Shown: positions 1 to 10,966, numbered from the stretch's first letter. The stretch is DNA of 64,000 nt from Vairimorpha necatrix (GCA_036630325.1 CP142735.1:868001-932000); one strand, 5' to 3'. Notes: generated by a model not told the origin, from the sequence alone. Numbers and translations: made by a program.

Positions 1-86
1 ATAGCTACAAGTTCGTTGTTTTTTGAATATGCTTTGTAAATTGTAGCGTATGTTCCTTCTCCTATTTTCTTTTCTTTTGTGTACAT
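1..86 (-). CDS. Cyclin-dependent kinase, CDK7/Kin28-like; N-terminal part only, runs off the window start
   Basis: Reverse strand reads MYTKEKKIGEGTYATIYKAYSKNNELVA: GEGTY glycine loop and YTKEKK typical of Kin28/CDK7. CCC motif (plus GGG 93-95) upstream of ATG. Not in the ORF track. Confidence 0.8.
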   Translation of the reverse strand, partial: MYTKEKKIGEGTYATIYKAYSKNNELVA

Positions 87-376
87 ATTAAAGGGATAAA
101 GAATGTTATGTTTTAAAAAATTTGCAAAAAAAACATCTTAGAAAAAATAAAAATTAAAATTTTAATGAATTTTTTGTAAATTTCTTTAGATGATTATCTC
201 TACGTAATATGTAAACAAATATCTTAATTTTTATTTAACAAATTGTTCTATATGTAAAAAATTAAATATAGAAAATTTGTTAATATTGTATTAAATTTAA
301 TATTTAATAAATTGTTCTATATTTAAAAATAACATAATTTTAAATTTTTTATTTAAAATTTTTCACTTTTTTTTTA

Positions 377-383
377 CCCCATG
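377..383 (+). promoter_or_regulatory. Example of the microsporidian CCC start-proximal motif (recurs before most genes in the window)
   Basis: CCC lies within about 15 nt upstream of ATG at 381, 2070, 3554, 4271, 6868, 17379, 19289, 23595 and 55267, and on the minus strand at 86, 1884, 6600, 10156, 12135, 19026, 22487 and 26751. Confidence 0.8.
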
Positions 384-860
384 GATGAAATTTTAAATTG
401 GATTTCTTTAATCTTAGGTGACGATTTCTCAAATCTTTCTTTCGCTTCCGCTCTAAAAGACGGCACTGTTTTGTGCCGTCTTTTAAACAAGACTTGTGGT
501 TACAATATAATTTATAAGAAATCTCCTCAGTTGTTTGTACAGAGGGAGAATATTTGTGCATTTATTAATGGTCTAAAGAAGTATGGTATTTTAGAATATG
601 AGCTCTTTCAGACTGTAGATTTATTTGAGGAAAAGAATCTTAAACAAGTTTCTATTTCTTTGTATGCTTTAAGTCGTCAGTTACAAGTGAAGAAAGAGTT
701 CCCTGGGCCTTTTATAGGCCCCAAGTTAGCCGAGAAGCAGAAGATTGAGTTTTCTCAGGCTGTATTAGATAAAGGGAAGTATGGGTTTAATTTGCAGATA
801 GGATATGATCCTTTATATGAGAAGATAACAGATGAAGAATTTAAGAAGTCAACTTTATAA
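381..860 (+). CDS. Calponin-homology domain protein (calponin/transgelin/Scp1-like)
   Basis: LKDGTVLCRLLN, ENICAFI, FQTVDLFE and GPK motifs; CCCC directly before ATG. Confidence 0.9.
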   Translation: MDEILNWISLILGDDFSNLSFASALKDGTVLCRLLNKTCGYNIIYKKSPQLFVQRENICAFINGLKKYGILEYELFQTVDLFEEKNLKQVSISLYALSRQLQVKKEFPGPFIGPKLAEKQKIEFSQAVLDKGKYGFNLQIGYDPLYEKITDEEFKKSTL

Positions 861-974
861 ACTAAATAATAAACTATTTTATTATTTAATAAAATAGTTT
901 ATTATTTAATAATGTAGTATATAATTTAATATATAATATGTAATATATAATTTATATTGTAGTTTATATTCAGT

Positions 975-1271
975 TTATATTAGTTTTAAGGTTATGACTT
1001 CTAAGGTATGGAAAATTGTCTCAAATAAATCTGTGACTTTATATTCCGGACAGTAAATTCTTGTCTTCTTTTTATTATGAAATATCTTACAGAATATTAC
1101 TAGTCTTTTATTTGGTATCTCCAGACCAGGCTTCTTATAAATTTCTATATCTCCCGTATAGTCCAAGAATAAGAATGTCTTAAGGGAGTTCTTTACACAA
1201 ATACCCGCCATCTCGACATTTAAAGCCTTTTCATCTTTAAGATCTTTAACAAGAACTTTATATCTTATCAT
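975..1271 (-). CDS. Small single OB-fold protein (RPA2/Stn1/RMI2-like)
   Basis: VEMAGICV...FLDYTGDIEI...FHTLEVI pattern resembles RPA2-class OB folds; CCC upstream (plus GGG near 1284). Confidence 0.55.
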   Translation of the reverse strand: MIRYKVLVKDLKDEKALNVEMAGICVKNSLKTFLFLDYTGDIEIYKKPGLEIPNKRLVIFCKIFHNKKKTRIYCPEYKVTDLFETIFHTLEVITLKLI

Positions 1272-1350
1272 TGAATAAAAGAAGGGTTATATCTTATACT
1301 GAATTATATCTTATACTAACTTATACTAACTTTATGTCTTATATCTTATA

Positions 1351-1884
1351 CTAATTTATACTGATTGTTGTTGAGTTTATTTCTATTGTATATTTATAAT
1401 TTAGTTCTATTGGACATTTCACTATCTCTAATCTAATAACTCCTTCTTCTTTATACATTTTATATCTAGTATTGACTTGATATTCCCACTCTAGTCCCAG
1501 TTTGTAACTATAAGTCATCTTATAACTCAGAGTACTAGTAGTATTTACTACTAGTACTCTGAGTTTATATTTATAAATCATCTTCTTAAGATACAATACA
1601 AGTCTAGATATCTTATTATGACTAGTATCTACGATACTAGACAAGTTATCTATAACTAGTAACTCGACTTTATATTCTTTACAGAGTTTTATAGAAGAGA
1701 AGATGTCTTCTAGAGACTGGACTAATTTAATAAGAAGATTCCCTTCTGGGCATCTTAGAATGGGGAAATTAGTAGTACAGAGATACATAGTGAAATATTT
1801 CTTACTTTCTTCTATACAGAGAGCAGTTTTCCCAGTATTTGATTCACCACACAATTCAGTAAGCCCGAAGTATTTCAAGCACAT
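1351..1884 (-). CDS. Rad51/RecA-family paralogue (Rad55/Rad57/XRCC3-like)
   Basis: LTELCGESNTGKT Walker A, LLVIDNL Walker B, VLVVN, LGLEW. Start moved to ATG 1884, which follows a C-run. Confidence 0.8.
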   Translation of the reverse strand: MCLKYFGLTELCGESNTGKTALCIEESKKYFTMYLCTTNFPILRCPEGNLLIKLVQSLEDIFSSIKLCKEYKVELLVIDNLSSIVDTSHNKISRLVLYLKKMIYKYKLRVLVVNTTSTLSYKMTYSYKLGLEWEYQVNTRYKMYKEEGVIRLEIVKCPIELNYKYTIEINSTTISIN

Positions 1885-2069
1885 CTCAAAGGGGGGCAGA
1901 GCAAAAAGTAATGTATAATATAAAATATGTATTAAGACTACATTTGTATAATGCAAATATGCATAATATATAATGCATAAAGAAATATTACAATATATTA
2001 CATAATATACATAATATATAATGCATAATATAATACAATATATTATTCATATTATGCACCCCCTAAATC

Positions 2070-2534
2070 ATGTTGGGAAATTTAGAAAGTATTCCTTACT
2101 TGATCATCTCTCTGGGTCTCATCTTCCTCATTTCTCTGACTTCTTATGGCTCATGCTATGGAATGACTCTCGCCGCCACTTCCTCCTCCCTTTATGCGCA
2201 TAAAAAGCAAGTCATGACTTACTCCTACATAGCCACAATCATGTCATCCTCAATCTTCTTCCAGGCCTTTATTCTCGTCATGATCATCTTGTCAAGGATG
2301 GAAGGAGACTACACTATGAATATGTCTCTGGCTCATACACTGGCCTGTCTTATACTGGGCGGGACAGGATACGCAGTGGGGATACTCATGGGGAATATAA
2401 GTAAAGAAGGATTTAAGAAATTATATAAGGAAACAAAATTTAATATAAGCTTTGTACTACTGTATGCAACATCAGAAGTGATATTATTATTCTCATTTAT
2501 GGCGTCACTTATACTAATATACACTGGAATATAA
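2070..2534 (+). CDS. V-type ATPase proteolipid (c-type) subunit, divergent
   Basis: Four hydrophobic helices, YGSCYGM, Glu in the last TM helix (ATSEVIL); CCCC upstream. Confidence 0.75.
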   Translation: MLGNLESIPYLIISLGLIFLISLTSYGSCYGMTLAATSSSLYAHKKQVMTYSYIATIMSSSIFFQAFILVMIILSRMEGDYTMNMSLAHTLACLILGGTGYAVGILMGNISKEGFKKLYKETKFNISFVLLYATSEVILLFSFMASLILIYTGI

Positions 2535-2560
2535 AATAAACTAAAATGGGAGATATTTAT

Positions 2561-2793
2561 TTATTATATTATATTATATTATATTATATTATATTATATT
2601 ATATTATATTATATTATATTATATTATATTATATTATATTATATTATATTATATTATATTATATTATATTATATTATATTATATTATATTATATTATATT
2701 ATATTATATTATATTATATTATATTATATTATATTATATTATATTATATTATATTATATTATATTATATTATATTATATTATATTATATTATA
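2561..2793. repeat. (ATATT)n pentanucleotide microsatellite, ~230 bp
   Basis: Perfect tandem ATATT run seen directly. Confidence 0.97.
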
Positions 2794-2894
2794 TTTATGC
2801 TATTTATGCATTGTATATTAATATGCATAAATAATATAAGCATAAATATTATATTATTAGCATAAACTTACATAAATATTTATATAATATTTAC

Positions 2895-3158
2895 TTAACA
2901 AGTTTTATTGTAGAAATCTGAGGACTGCTCTTCTTCATACTCTACTTTCTTTTTACTCCTCTTATTATTTATAAACTTCGCAAGTAGAACAAACTCCTTA
3001 AGAAAAACAGGCTTCCCGACTAATTTACTCAATCTTAGAAAAGTCTCTTTTAAATCTTCAGTCAAGTTTAATTCATCACAGAGTGTGTAATACAACCTGA
3101 GAATATCCAAATCAGAGTCGACTCTTTCTTGAGTGTAGAAATCTGGAGGAATGAGCAT
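2895..3158 (-). CDS. Hypothetical small protein (~87 aa)
   Basis: Coding-like composition from MLIPPDFY; the upstream ORF extension is low-complexity sequence. Confidence 0.55.
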   Translation of the reverse strand: MLIPPDFYTQERVDSDLDILRLYYTLCDELNLTEDLKETFLRLSKLVGKPVFLKEFVLLAKFINNKRSKKKVEYEEEQSSDFYNKTC

Positions 3159-3553
3159 GTGTGTGAGTTTGTTTGTATTTTGTTTTTTTATAAACAAAAA
3201 AACAAACAAAAACAAAATAAAACTAAAACATAAATATTTTAAAAATATTTGCATAATTATAACATATTATTAATATTATGTATATTATTTTAGTAATATT
3301 ATGTATATTATTTTAGTAATATTATAATTGATGTACTATAATTCATTATGCAAATATCTTATAATAAACTTATATTATATATATTATATATATTATTATT
3401 ATATATATTATTATTATATATATTATATTTCATATAGTATAATTCATATATTACATTATGCAATATTTCTTACTTGATTTTTTATACAACCCCGCTTTCC
3501 ATTTTTTTTTCCTTTTTATATTCAATTTTTTATATTTTTTTTACCCCCTAAAA

Positions 3554-3940
3554 ATGAATATCGAAATGTCAAGAATCTACACTGATTTAATAGAAGAAGT
3601 CCTCACAAAACTGGAAATAGAAGGAGAACCAGAAGGAATAGGCAGAAATATAATCTTCGACATCCAAAAAGGATGGAGGAAAAATATAAGAGAATGGTAT
3701 GAAAATCCAAAAAAAGAAGAAAATAAAGAAAAATCTGTAGACACATCTTCTACAGATTTATATTTGTCATCTGATGAAGAATATGAAATGATGGAAGAAA
3801 CTTCAAATTTCTTAATGTGTATGTATGTGAAAGTATCAAGGACCAAATGTAAATATAAATGTAATTTTAAACAAGGATTTGTTAATTTAGGGAATGTGGA
3901 TTTTGCATTTAGTAATGCGCAGGGTGAATTGGAATGGTAA
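3554..3940 (+). CDS. TOA1: Transcription factor IIA large subunit (alpha/beta), compact
   Basis: N-terminal IY..LIEEV...W helix and C-terminal MCMYVKVSRTKCKYKC...AQGELEW; ATG after CCCCC. Confidence 0.88.
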   Translation: MNIEMSRIYTDLIEEVLTKLEIEGEPEGIGRNIIFDIQKGWRKNIREWYENPKKEENKEKSVDTSSTDLYLSSDEEYEMMEETSNFLMCMYVKVSRTKCKYKCNFKQGFVNLGNVDFAFSNAQGELEW

Positions 3941-4270
3941 ATTAAAATTGGACTTTAGCGCATACAAAAAAATATAATATCTTATAATTATATAATGTGT
4001 TATAATATCTTAAAATGTGTGTTAGTATTATATATGTAAATTTTATTTATGTTTTATGCTGATGTAAATTCATGTTTTTATAATAGTATAAATTTATATT
4101 TATAATTTATGCGCATAAATATAAACCAAAATAACTTATAAAAACTATATAATAATGAATACTATATAATATATGAATACTATATAAAACAATATAATAT
4201 ATGAATACTATATAATATATGAATACTATATAATTTTTATTTCATTAGTGCTGTGTTGTATCCCTTAATA

Positions 4271-5317
4271 ATGGGTATAAAACAACTAAGTGCTGTTTTA
4301 AAAGAAAACTGCAAAAAAGGTATAAAAGAAAAACCAGTCGCATCATACACTTTTAAAAAGATAGCCATCGATATCTCAAACTTCATCTACCAATTTCTTA
4401 TCGCCGTCAGATCTAGTGGTAATCCACTAGGCTACGGTGACATACCAACTTCCCATTTAATAGGCATGTTCTACAGAACTCTAAGAATAGTAGAATCAGG
4501 AATAATTCCAATCTTCATTTTTGATGGTAAACCACCCGAATTAAAAATTTACGAATTAAAAAAACGAAAAGAAAAACGAGAAAAAGCTGATGAAGAATTA
4601 AAAATAGCAGAAGAATTAGAAAACAAAATTGAAATTGAAAAACAAACTAAAAGGAAAATCAAAGTCACTGATGAACATGTAAAAGATTGTAAAAAATTAT
4701 TAGATTTATTAAAAATTCCTTATTTAACTGCACCAAGTGAAGCTGAAGCTTTTTGCGCTTATCTTTGTAAACAGAAAATTGTACACGCTGTAGCTACAGA
4801 AGATATGGACACTTTACCATTTGGAGGATTAAAACTTTTAAGAAATTTTTCGGCTGGTGTAACAAAAAATCAAAAAATTATTGAATATAATTTAGAAGAA
4901 TTATTAAAAGATTTAGATATGAATTTAGATGAATTTATAGATTTGTGCATTTTATTGGGATGTGATTATACGGAATCTTGTAAAGGTATTGGACCTAAAA
5001 AAAGTTTGATATTTATAAAAAAATATAAAAATATTGAAAATATTTTTAAAAATGAAAAAATTGAAAAAAATGAATTATTTAATTTTGAGAAAGCTAGAGA
5101 AATATTTAAAGAGTTGAGTAGTATAGAAGTAGATATTGATGAGAGAGAAATGAATATTAAGTGGGATGAAATAGATATGAAAGAGATAAAAAAGTATTTG
5201 GTAGAAGAAAAAGGATTTGAAGAGAAACGAGTTGAGAATGGGGTGAATATGATGATGAAATGTAGAAATAAAGCGAAGCAATCAAGTCTTGATGCATTTA
5301 TTAAAAAGAAACAATAA
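4271..5317 (+). CDS. FEN1: Flap endonuclease 1
   Basis: MGIKQL start, IAIDIS..IYQFL, FDGKPP, APSEAEA, TEDMD, LGCDY, GIGPK and C-terminal PIP-like QSSLDAF. Confidence 0.96.
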   Translation: MGIKQLSAVLKENCKKGIKEKPVASYTFKKIAIDISNFIYQFLIAVRSSGNPLGYGDIPTSHLIGMFYRTLRIVESGIIPIFIFDGKPPELKIYELKKRKEKREKADEELKIAEELENKIEIEKQTKRKIKVTDEHVKDCKKLLDLLKIPYLTAPSEAEAFCAYLCKQKIVHAVATEDMDTLPFGGLKLLRNFSAGVTKNQKIIEYNLEELLKDLDMNLDEFIDLCILLGCDYTESCKGIGPKKSLIFIKKYKNIENIFKNEKIEKNELFNFEKAREIFKELSSIEVDIDEREMNIKWDEIDMKEIKKYLVEEKGFEEKRVENGVNMMMKCRNKAKQSSLDAFIKKKQ

Positions 5318-5535
5318 ACTTATTTTAATAATATTGTAAATATATAATAAACTAAATTTAATAATGTTGTAAAATAGGTTAAGAGATTTTTACTGTAGAG
5401 ATGATGCTGAAGTGTCTTTACATTGTAATGTGTATAAAAGAAGGCATTTTTTTATAAAAAGATCTAGTTTTTATTTTATAACTAGAGCTGACATTAGATT
5501 TTAATTAATAATATTTTTAGATACATCAGTCTTAT

Positions 5536-6600
5536 TTAAATTATCTTTTTATTTAATAAGTTTTTTAAGTAGTTAGGCTTCCCTGTCATATTTATAAATC
5601 TTCTCACACATGTCTCATTTATCAATATATTCCCTTTCTCATTTATCAGATTATATTCTACTAGTTCGCAATATGCTTCAAATATCTCGTCATCTCTCAA
5701 CTTCTTTAGTTCTTTACAAGTTATTATAAATTTCCTAAATTCTCTTACCACATCATTAAAGAGTACTTTTCTAGTACAAGACATAAGTAAAATGGCCAAA
5801 TGAGGAATATTTAGAATATTTAACATGGAATTTAGAGTGAACGGGGAGATGTCATGTTTTAACCTGTAGAAAATATTGACTAAATTGTTAATGTCTCGAT
5901 TTGACTCGTATTCGCGAGATAAAAGATCTAAATATTCTTGAGAGAGCATTTTCCTTACAAATTCATCATTAGAAATTGGCATTTGATCTTGTAATATTGA
6001 ATTAATTATTGTGTGTTTATCATCTTCTAATATTAGATTAAGTGTGTGTTTATCATCTTCTAATATTGAATTAAGTATGTGTTTACTGTCTTTAATTTTC
6101 TTCTTACTTCGTAATTTCGTATTTGTCTGTACGGCGGCACTCCGTTTTGGTCTCCCTGTCGTTTTTCTTGTTATATTAGTTTTATAAATTAAATATTTAT
6201 AATATGATAAATATTCACTCAGACTTAAACTTCTCAACAAACATATTTGATTAGAAAAGCGACTTCTTACTCGCTTCTCCATATTGTCTATCGCCAATAT
6301 ATTCTGAGTATAAAAAATCACTTTACATTTTTTTATATTACTAAGATCCAAATAGTAATAAAGAAGTGGATTATTAGTATCAAGCTTGATAATAATAAGA
6401 GACTTGTCTTTTATATCTTTTTTGGTCTTGATATCTTCAATATTGTAATTTAAAGACTGGAAATGTGCCTTGAAAATTGAGAGTGCATTTTGTAAAATAA
6501 AAATGTCAGTGGAGATTAGTAGAATATTGGAGTTTTGGTGTAAATATTTTATAGAAGAGATAATGTCTTGATTAAAAATATGTGAAATGAAGGAATCCAT
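5536..6600 (-). CDS. ORC4: Origin recognition complex subunit 4-like, divergent
   Basis: MEKRVRSRFS matches the ORC4 LEKRVKSRFS signature; ATG 6600 follows CCC; no clear Walker A. Confidence 0.65.
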   Translation of the reverse strand: MDSFISHIFNQDIISSIKYLHQNSNILLISTDIFILQNALSIFKAHFQSLNYNIEDIKTKKDIKDKSLIIIKLDTNNPLLYYYLDLSNIKKCKVIFYTQNILAIDNMEKRVRSRFSNQICLLRSLSLSEYLSYYKYLIYKTNITRKTTGRPKRSAAVQTNTKLRSKKKIKDSKHILNSILEDDKHTLNLILEDDKHTIINSILQDQMPISNDEFVRKMLSQEYLDLLSREYESNRDINNLVNIFYRLKHDISPFTLNSMLNILNIPHLAILLMSCTRKVLFNDVVREFRKFIITCKELKKLRDDEIFEAYCELVEYNLINEKGNILINETCVRRFINMTGKPNYLKNLLNKKII

Positions 6601-6867
6601 CAAGGGAAAAAAATGAGTACAAGAAAAGATAAACAAGAGATTTCTTGAATGTGCAATGAAACATAAGAATAATTTAGTAAAAATATAACATCATTCAGAA
6701 ATATTAAAAATACATTGTAACTAATTTTTACTACAAAAATGCAAGATCATTTAGAAATTATTACAAATATAATATCATTAAGATATTTTCTTCTTTTTGG
6801 AGTTTGTTTGTTTCTTGAAACAAATTGTTTCAAAAAAATATAAATTTGGAAATTTCTTCACCCTTGC

Positions 6868-9024
6868 ATGAATTCCGAAGATTCAAATCTCTGGTTGAAA
6901 AAACTAATCAACACCAAGAACTTTGATCCCTGGCTTGCCGTATCTTTCCTCTACCGGTACCCCACAGTAGGAATCCACGAGTACATTTGTAAAAAACTAA
7001 AACATTACAATTTACTAATTATAATTCCCCAATTAGTTCATGTTTTCCTTTACCACTCAGATTCAGAAATAAGCAAACCTCTTTACAATTTATTGAAAAA
7101 TTCTTCTTTAAAAAATAGAAAATTTTTCTTAGCTTTATATTTCTATTTAAAAGGATCTATAGAATTAATAGATTCTAAAAAATCTATTTTTTGTTATTTT
7201 TTAATATGTGACATATTTAAAGATGAATTACGATATAATAATAAGAAGATTTTAGAAGCACAAATTTATTATAAAAAAAGATTTAGTAAATTACCAGGAA
7301 TTTTTAAAGATAAAAAAAGTATATCAAATTTTGATGGTATTTTTTTATGTTTTTTAAGATCAGTTTTCTGGGTAGTAGATTTGAAAATGTTTAAAAATAT
7401 AAAAGATTATGAAAAGATTTTTTTACAAAGTAAAAATATATCAAAAATTAATTTTAAATCTGATTTTAGAGGATATGCTTTTAGATCTGATTTAATTAAG
7501 AGTAGTATTATATTTATAGAGTATTTAATAGATATAAGTAAAAGACTTAATAAATTACCAAAAAGTTTAAGACAAAAAGGATTAGAAATGGAGCTTAAAC
7601 TTTTAAATTGTAATTTACCAGGGAGAATTACTTTACCATTTTTTAAGATGAAATATTTATTAAATATTAAAATTGAGAAATGTACAATATTAAATTCGGC
7701 AGAGAATTGTCCATTTGTAATAGTCATGGAAGTGGCGAATGAAAAGAGTAAGAAGAATAAGATGGATATTAAGAATGCGTCATTTATAATGAAACAATTG
7801 AATGCCGTGTCAGGGATGACATATATTTCTGAAAGTAGTGGAATTAAAGAGAATGTTTTAGTATCTCTTGAGCAGATCTTAGACATAGATCAAAAATATG
7901 AAGAGTCAGAAGCAAATTTAGATGATGTAGAAGCAAATTTAAAAGATTATAGTAATATAAGAGATGATACAAAAGACAATATCAAAGATGGTCTAGATAA
8001 TATCAAAGATGGTCTAGATAATATTGATGGTTTAGATATATTAAATATGAATTTACTAAATTTAAATGGTACAAATGACATAGTAGACATGTCTAGTGTA
8101 TTCTTCATGAATAAAAAAGAAGAAAATAAAAACGAAGAAAACAAAGATAAAGAAATTCCTGAAGAACACAAAAATGAAGACAATCCTGAAGAAAATATTA
8201 AGATAGACGATAAATCTAATCCTTATGTTAAATTAAAAGACTATAAGATGGTCAGTATGATCGTCAAGACAGGCTCAAGTCTCAAACAAGAGATAATTGC
8301 TTATCAAATACTCTCAGTCATGCAGGAGATCTGGACAGAAGAGAAGAAAGACATTTGGATTAAAGTCTACCAAATATATTTCGTCAATAATAACGCAGGC
8401 CTAGTTGAGACAGTGACAGACGCCTACTCAATCCACAAGATCAAAGAGATAGGAAAACAAGAAAACAGGAATTTCAGCCTCAAGACATATTTCATAGACA
8501 AATACGGAGACCAAACTGAAGAATATAAAAAGGCCACACACAATTTTCTGATTTCTCTAGTGGGATATTCTTTGGCTTGTTATTTGTTACAAGTCAAAGA
8601 TAGACACAATGGGAATATTTTATTAGATTCCCAAGGCCACTTGATCCATGTGGATTTTGGCTTTATTCTCGGGGATCACCCTGGATTTTATTGTGTAGAA
8701 ATAGCGCCTTTTAAGTTTTCCAGTGAATATGAGGAATTAATTAGAGATTTAAGTGAAGATTTCAAGATTTTATTTTTAGAAGGCTTTTGTGCCTTAAGAC
8801 GACACAGTGAGAGACTGTGTCGAATTTTAGAGATCTTGTCAGAGAATTCTGATATGAAATGTATAAATAAAAAGACACTGAGTAATTTCAAGGATAGATT
8901 GAAATTAGAGATGAGTGATAAAGAGATAGAAGCATATTGTTTATTATTAATTAATAAGAGTTATAATAGTATGGGAACAGGCCTATATGATTCATATCAA
9001 TATTTCTCTAATGGGTATCTTTAG
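6868..9024 (+). CDS. PIK1: Phosphatidylinositol 4-kinase (Pik1/PI4KIII-beta type)
   Basis: IVKTG..LKQE, YLLQVKDRHNGNILLD, HVDFGF, APFK and YD.YQY..NG motifs. Confidence 0.93.
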   Translation: MNSEDSNLWLKKLINTKNFDPWLAVSFLYRYPTVGIHEYICKKLKHYNLLIIIPQLVHVFLYHSDSEISKPLYNLLKNSSLKNRKFFLALYFYLKGSIELIDSKKSIFCYFLICDIFKDELRYNNKKILEAQIYYKKRFSKLPGIFKDKKSISNFDGIFLCFLRSVFWVVDLKMFKNIKDYEKIFLQSKNISKINFKSDFRGYAFRSDLIKSSIIFIEYLIDISKRLNKLPKSLRQKGLEMELKLLNCNLPGRITLPFFKMKYLLNIKIEKCTILNSAENCPFVIVMEVANEKSKKNKMDIKNASFIMKQLNAVSGMTYISESSGIKENVLVSLEQILDIDQKYEESEANLDDVEANLKDYSNIRDDTKDNIKDGLDNIKDGLDNIDGLDILNMNLLNLNGTNDIVDMSSVFFMNKKEENKNEENKDKEIPEEHKNEDNPEENIKIDDKSNPYVKLKDYKMVSMIVKTGSSLKQEIIAYQILSVMQEIWTEEKKDIWIKVYQIYFVNNNAGLVETVTDAYSIHKIKEIGKQENRNFSLKTYFIDKYGDQTEEYKKATHNFLISLVGYSLACYLLQVKDRHNGNILLDSQGHLIHVDFGFILGDHPGFYCVEIAPFKFSSEYEELIRDLSEDFKILFLEGFCALRRHSERLCRILEILSENSDMKCINKKTLSNFKDRLKLEMSDKEIEAYCLLLINKSYNSMGTGLYDSYQYFSNGYL

Positions 9025-9075
9025 AAGCACTATAAATGAAATATGTATAAGACATATAATTATGATTATTGGACT

Positions 9076-9224
9076 GACATATATTTAGTATTAGACATAT
9101 ATATAGTATTAGACATATATTTAGTATTAGACATATATTTAGTATTAGACATATATTTAGTATTAGACATATATTTAGTATTAGACATATATTTAGTATT
9201 AGACATATATTTAATATTAGACAC
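9076..9224. repeat. 18-bp minisatellite (GACATATATTTAGTATTA), about 8 copies
   Basis: Tandem copies between the convergent PIK1 and ENP2 3' ends. Confidence 0.95.
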
Positions 9225-9259
9225 ATAAATAATAAATCACATTTTAGCATATTTATATT

Positions 9260-10156
9260 TTATTCCACTTTGATGGCCCGAAACCAGTCGGGAATAAATC
9301 CAAAATCTGAACAGTAAAATGTCCGCATATTCAAATCATCAAGTCCAAGGAAAATCACCCCTCCTAAAATATCAAATGTATTTATAGGACACTCTACATT
9401 TATTCTATCAATTATTTCATTCTCAGAAAATATGATAACTTCTTCCTTGTCTACACTCACTACTGATTTCCCTACCATCTTAATCTTCCTTATACTCTCT
9501 TTATGCGCATAAATATTTAATTCCTTTTTAGATCTCAAATCAAAAATCTTAACTTGGCCAGGGGCGGAGCCAGTGGCGAAATTTAAGCCATTTTCAGAAA
9601 ATGACAAATTTACTAAATCTTCATCTTCCACTGTACTAATAATTTCTTCAGATCTCTGATCTATAAACTCAATCTTTTTATCTCCACAATATCCTATAAG
9701 CCCGTGTACATTATTAATATCACAAGACATAATCTTCTGTAAATTTGTTTTATAAGATTCTACGAATCTCCCTTCTAAAAGATCAAATCTGTAAATATCT
9801 GGAGATTTACCACATGCTAGTAAATTTGCATTAAAATTATTCATTTTCAAATCATAGCACATTTTGGGCACTCTGATTCTTTCATGCATGCCGTATTTTA
9901 CATGGAATTCTATGTACCTGTCAACTCTCAAGAGAGCGAGTTTCTCACAATTTTTTGTTAGAGATAAAATCTTTAGGGCGTCTGATTCTAAATGTCTGTC
10001 ACTTTTCTGGGCGATATTTACGAGATCGTGGATTTTTACAGAAGGTTTGTAAGTTCCGACTGAAGCGAGGAAATTCCCACTTTCTGATAAGTGCATGTCT
10101 TGACAAGCGACGGGATAATCAAAATTCTTAATTATTTTTGACTCTTTAAATTTCAT
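9260..10156 (-). CDS. ENP2: Enp2/NOL10-like WD40 ribosome biogenesis factor, shortened
   Basis: GTYKPSVKIHDL, DRYIEFH, IRVPK, IYRFDLLEGRF and G.IPDW motifs. Confidence 0.85.
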   Translation of the reverse strand: MKFKESKIIKNFDYPVACQDMHLSESGNFLASVGTYKPSVKIHDLVNIAQKSDRHLESDALKILSLTKNCEKLALLRVDRYIEFHVKYGMHERIRVPKMCYDLKMNNFNANLLACGKSPDIYRFDLLEGRFVESYKTNLQKIMSCDINNVHGLIGYCGDKKIEFIDQRSEEIISTVEDEDLVNLSFSENGLNFATGSAPGQVKIFDLRSKKELNIYAHKESIRKIKMVGKSVVSVDKEEVIIFSENEIIDRINVECPINTFDILGGVIFLGLDDLNMRTFYCSDFGFIPDWFRAIKVE

Positions 10157-10324
10157 AAAAAAAATGTAAAGGGGTAAAATATTCTAAATTTTTTAAGATA
10201 ATATATCTAATGTAATAATAATAATAATAATTTATTATAGTATTATTTTATTTCTAACATATATCTGTAATATCTAATGTAATAATAATTTACTATAGTA
10301 TTATTTTATAAATTATTGTGTTAT

Positions 10325-10804
10325 TTATTTTTTTATATAACTTTGTAAATTCTTATATTTCTCAGGACAAAACTTCTCTTTTTTATTTAATGATTTCTCT
10401 ATCATCTTCTTATTCTTCTTCATTTCACCAATATACTTCATTTTACACATCTTTCTATCTTTATTCTCAAATATTCCACTAATAAGTGAAAACTCAAGTC
10501 CACATAAACTTAGAGCTTCAAAAAAACACTCTGTCTCTTTTTTAGTCCATCTGGCATTTTTCCTCTTCTTAGTGGCGTATGTATTTGATGTAACCAACTC
10601 ATCATCTTCTATAACTTCCATGTCTTCAGATTTATTGAGATTTACGAACATTTCATTGTCGTCAAGACAAATCTCGCCGTTGACTAGTTTTAATAAATCA
10701 GAAGAAGTGGTAGTGGATTTTCTGATTTGTGGAGGCTTCTTTTTTGGCTTGTAAGAATTTTTAAAATTGGAGTTATTAAGATAGAAAATTAATTTTTTAT
10801 CCAT
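10325..10804 (-). CDS. BDP1: TFIIIB subunit B'' (Bdp1), SANT/Myb domain
   Basis: RWTKKETECFFEALSLCGLEFSLI...DRKMCKMKY; ATG 10804 follows CCCC. Confidence 0.85.
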   Translation of the reverse strand: MDKKLIFYLNNSNFKNSYKPKKKPPQIRKSTTTSSDLLKLVNGEICLDDNEMFVNLNKSEDMEVIEDDELVTSNTYATKKRKNARWTKKETECFFEALSLCGLEFSLISGIFENKDRKMCKMKYIGEMKKNKKMIEKSLNKKEKFCPEKYKNLQSYIKK

Positions 10805-10888
10805 TTGGAAATAGGGGAAGAGAAATGAAAGATTTAAAAGGAGTAGAGAAAGAGTGAATGTGATCATGAATATGACATCTATTTACAC

Positions 10889-10966
10889 AAAATGCCATAC
10901 ATCTATATAAAATGCCATATGTCTATATAAAATGCCATACATCTATATAAAATGCCATACATCTAT
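10889..10966. repeat. 20-bp tandem repeat (AAATGCCATACATCTATATA), about 4 copies, upstream of BDP1
   Basis: Seen directly. Confidence 0.9.

Noticed and set aside
2546-2821. 91-aa YYIIL-repeat ORF
   Set aside because: Translation of the ATATT microsatellite.
9008-9250. Repeat ORFs on both strands, or a CRISPR-like array
   Set aside because: Head-to-tail 18-bp minisatellite with no unique spacers, in a eukaryotic context with no cas genes.
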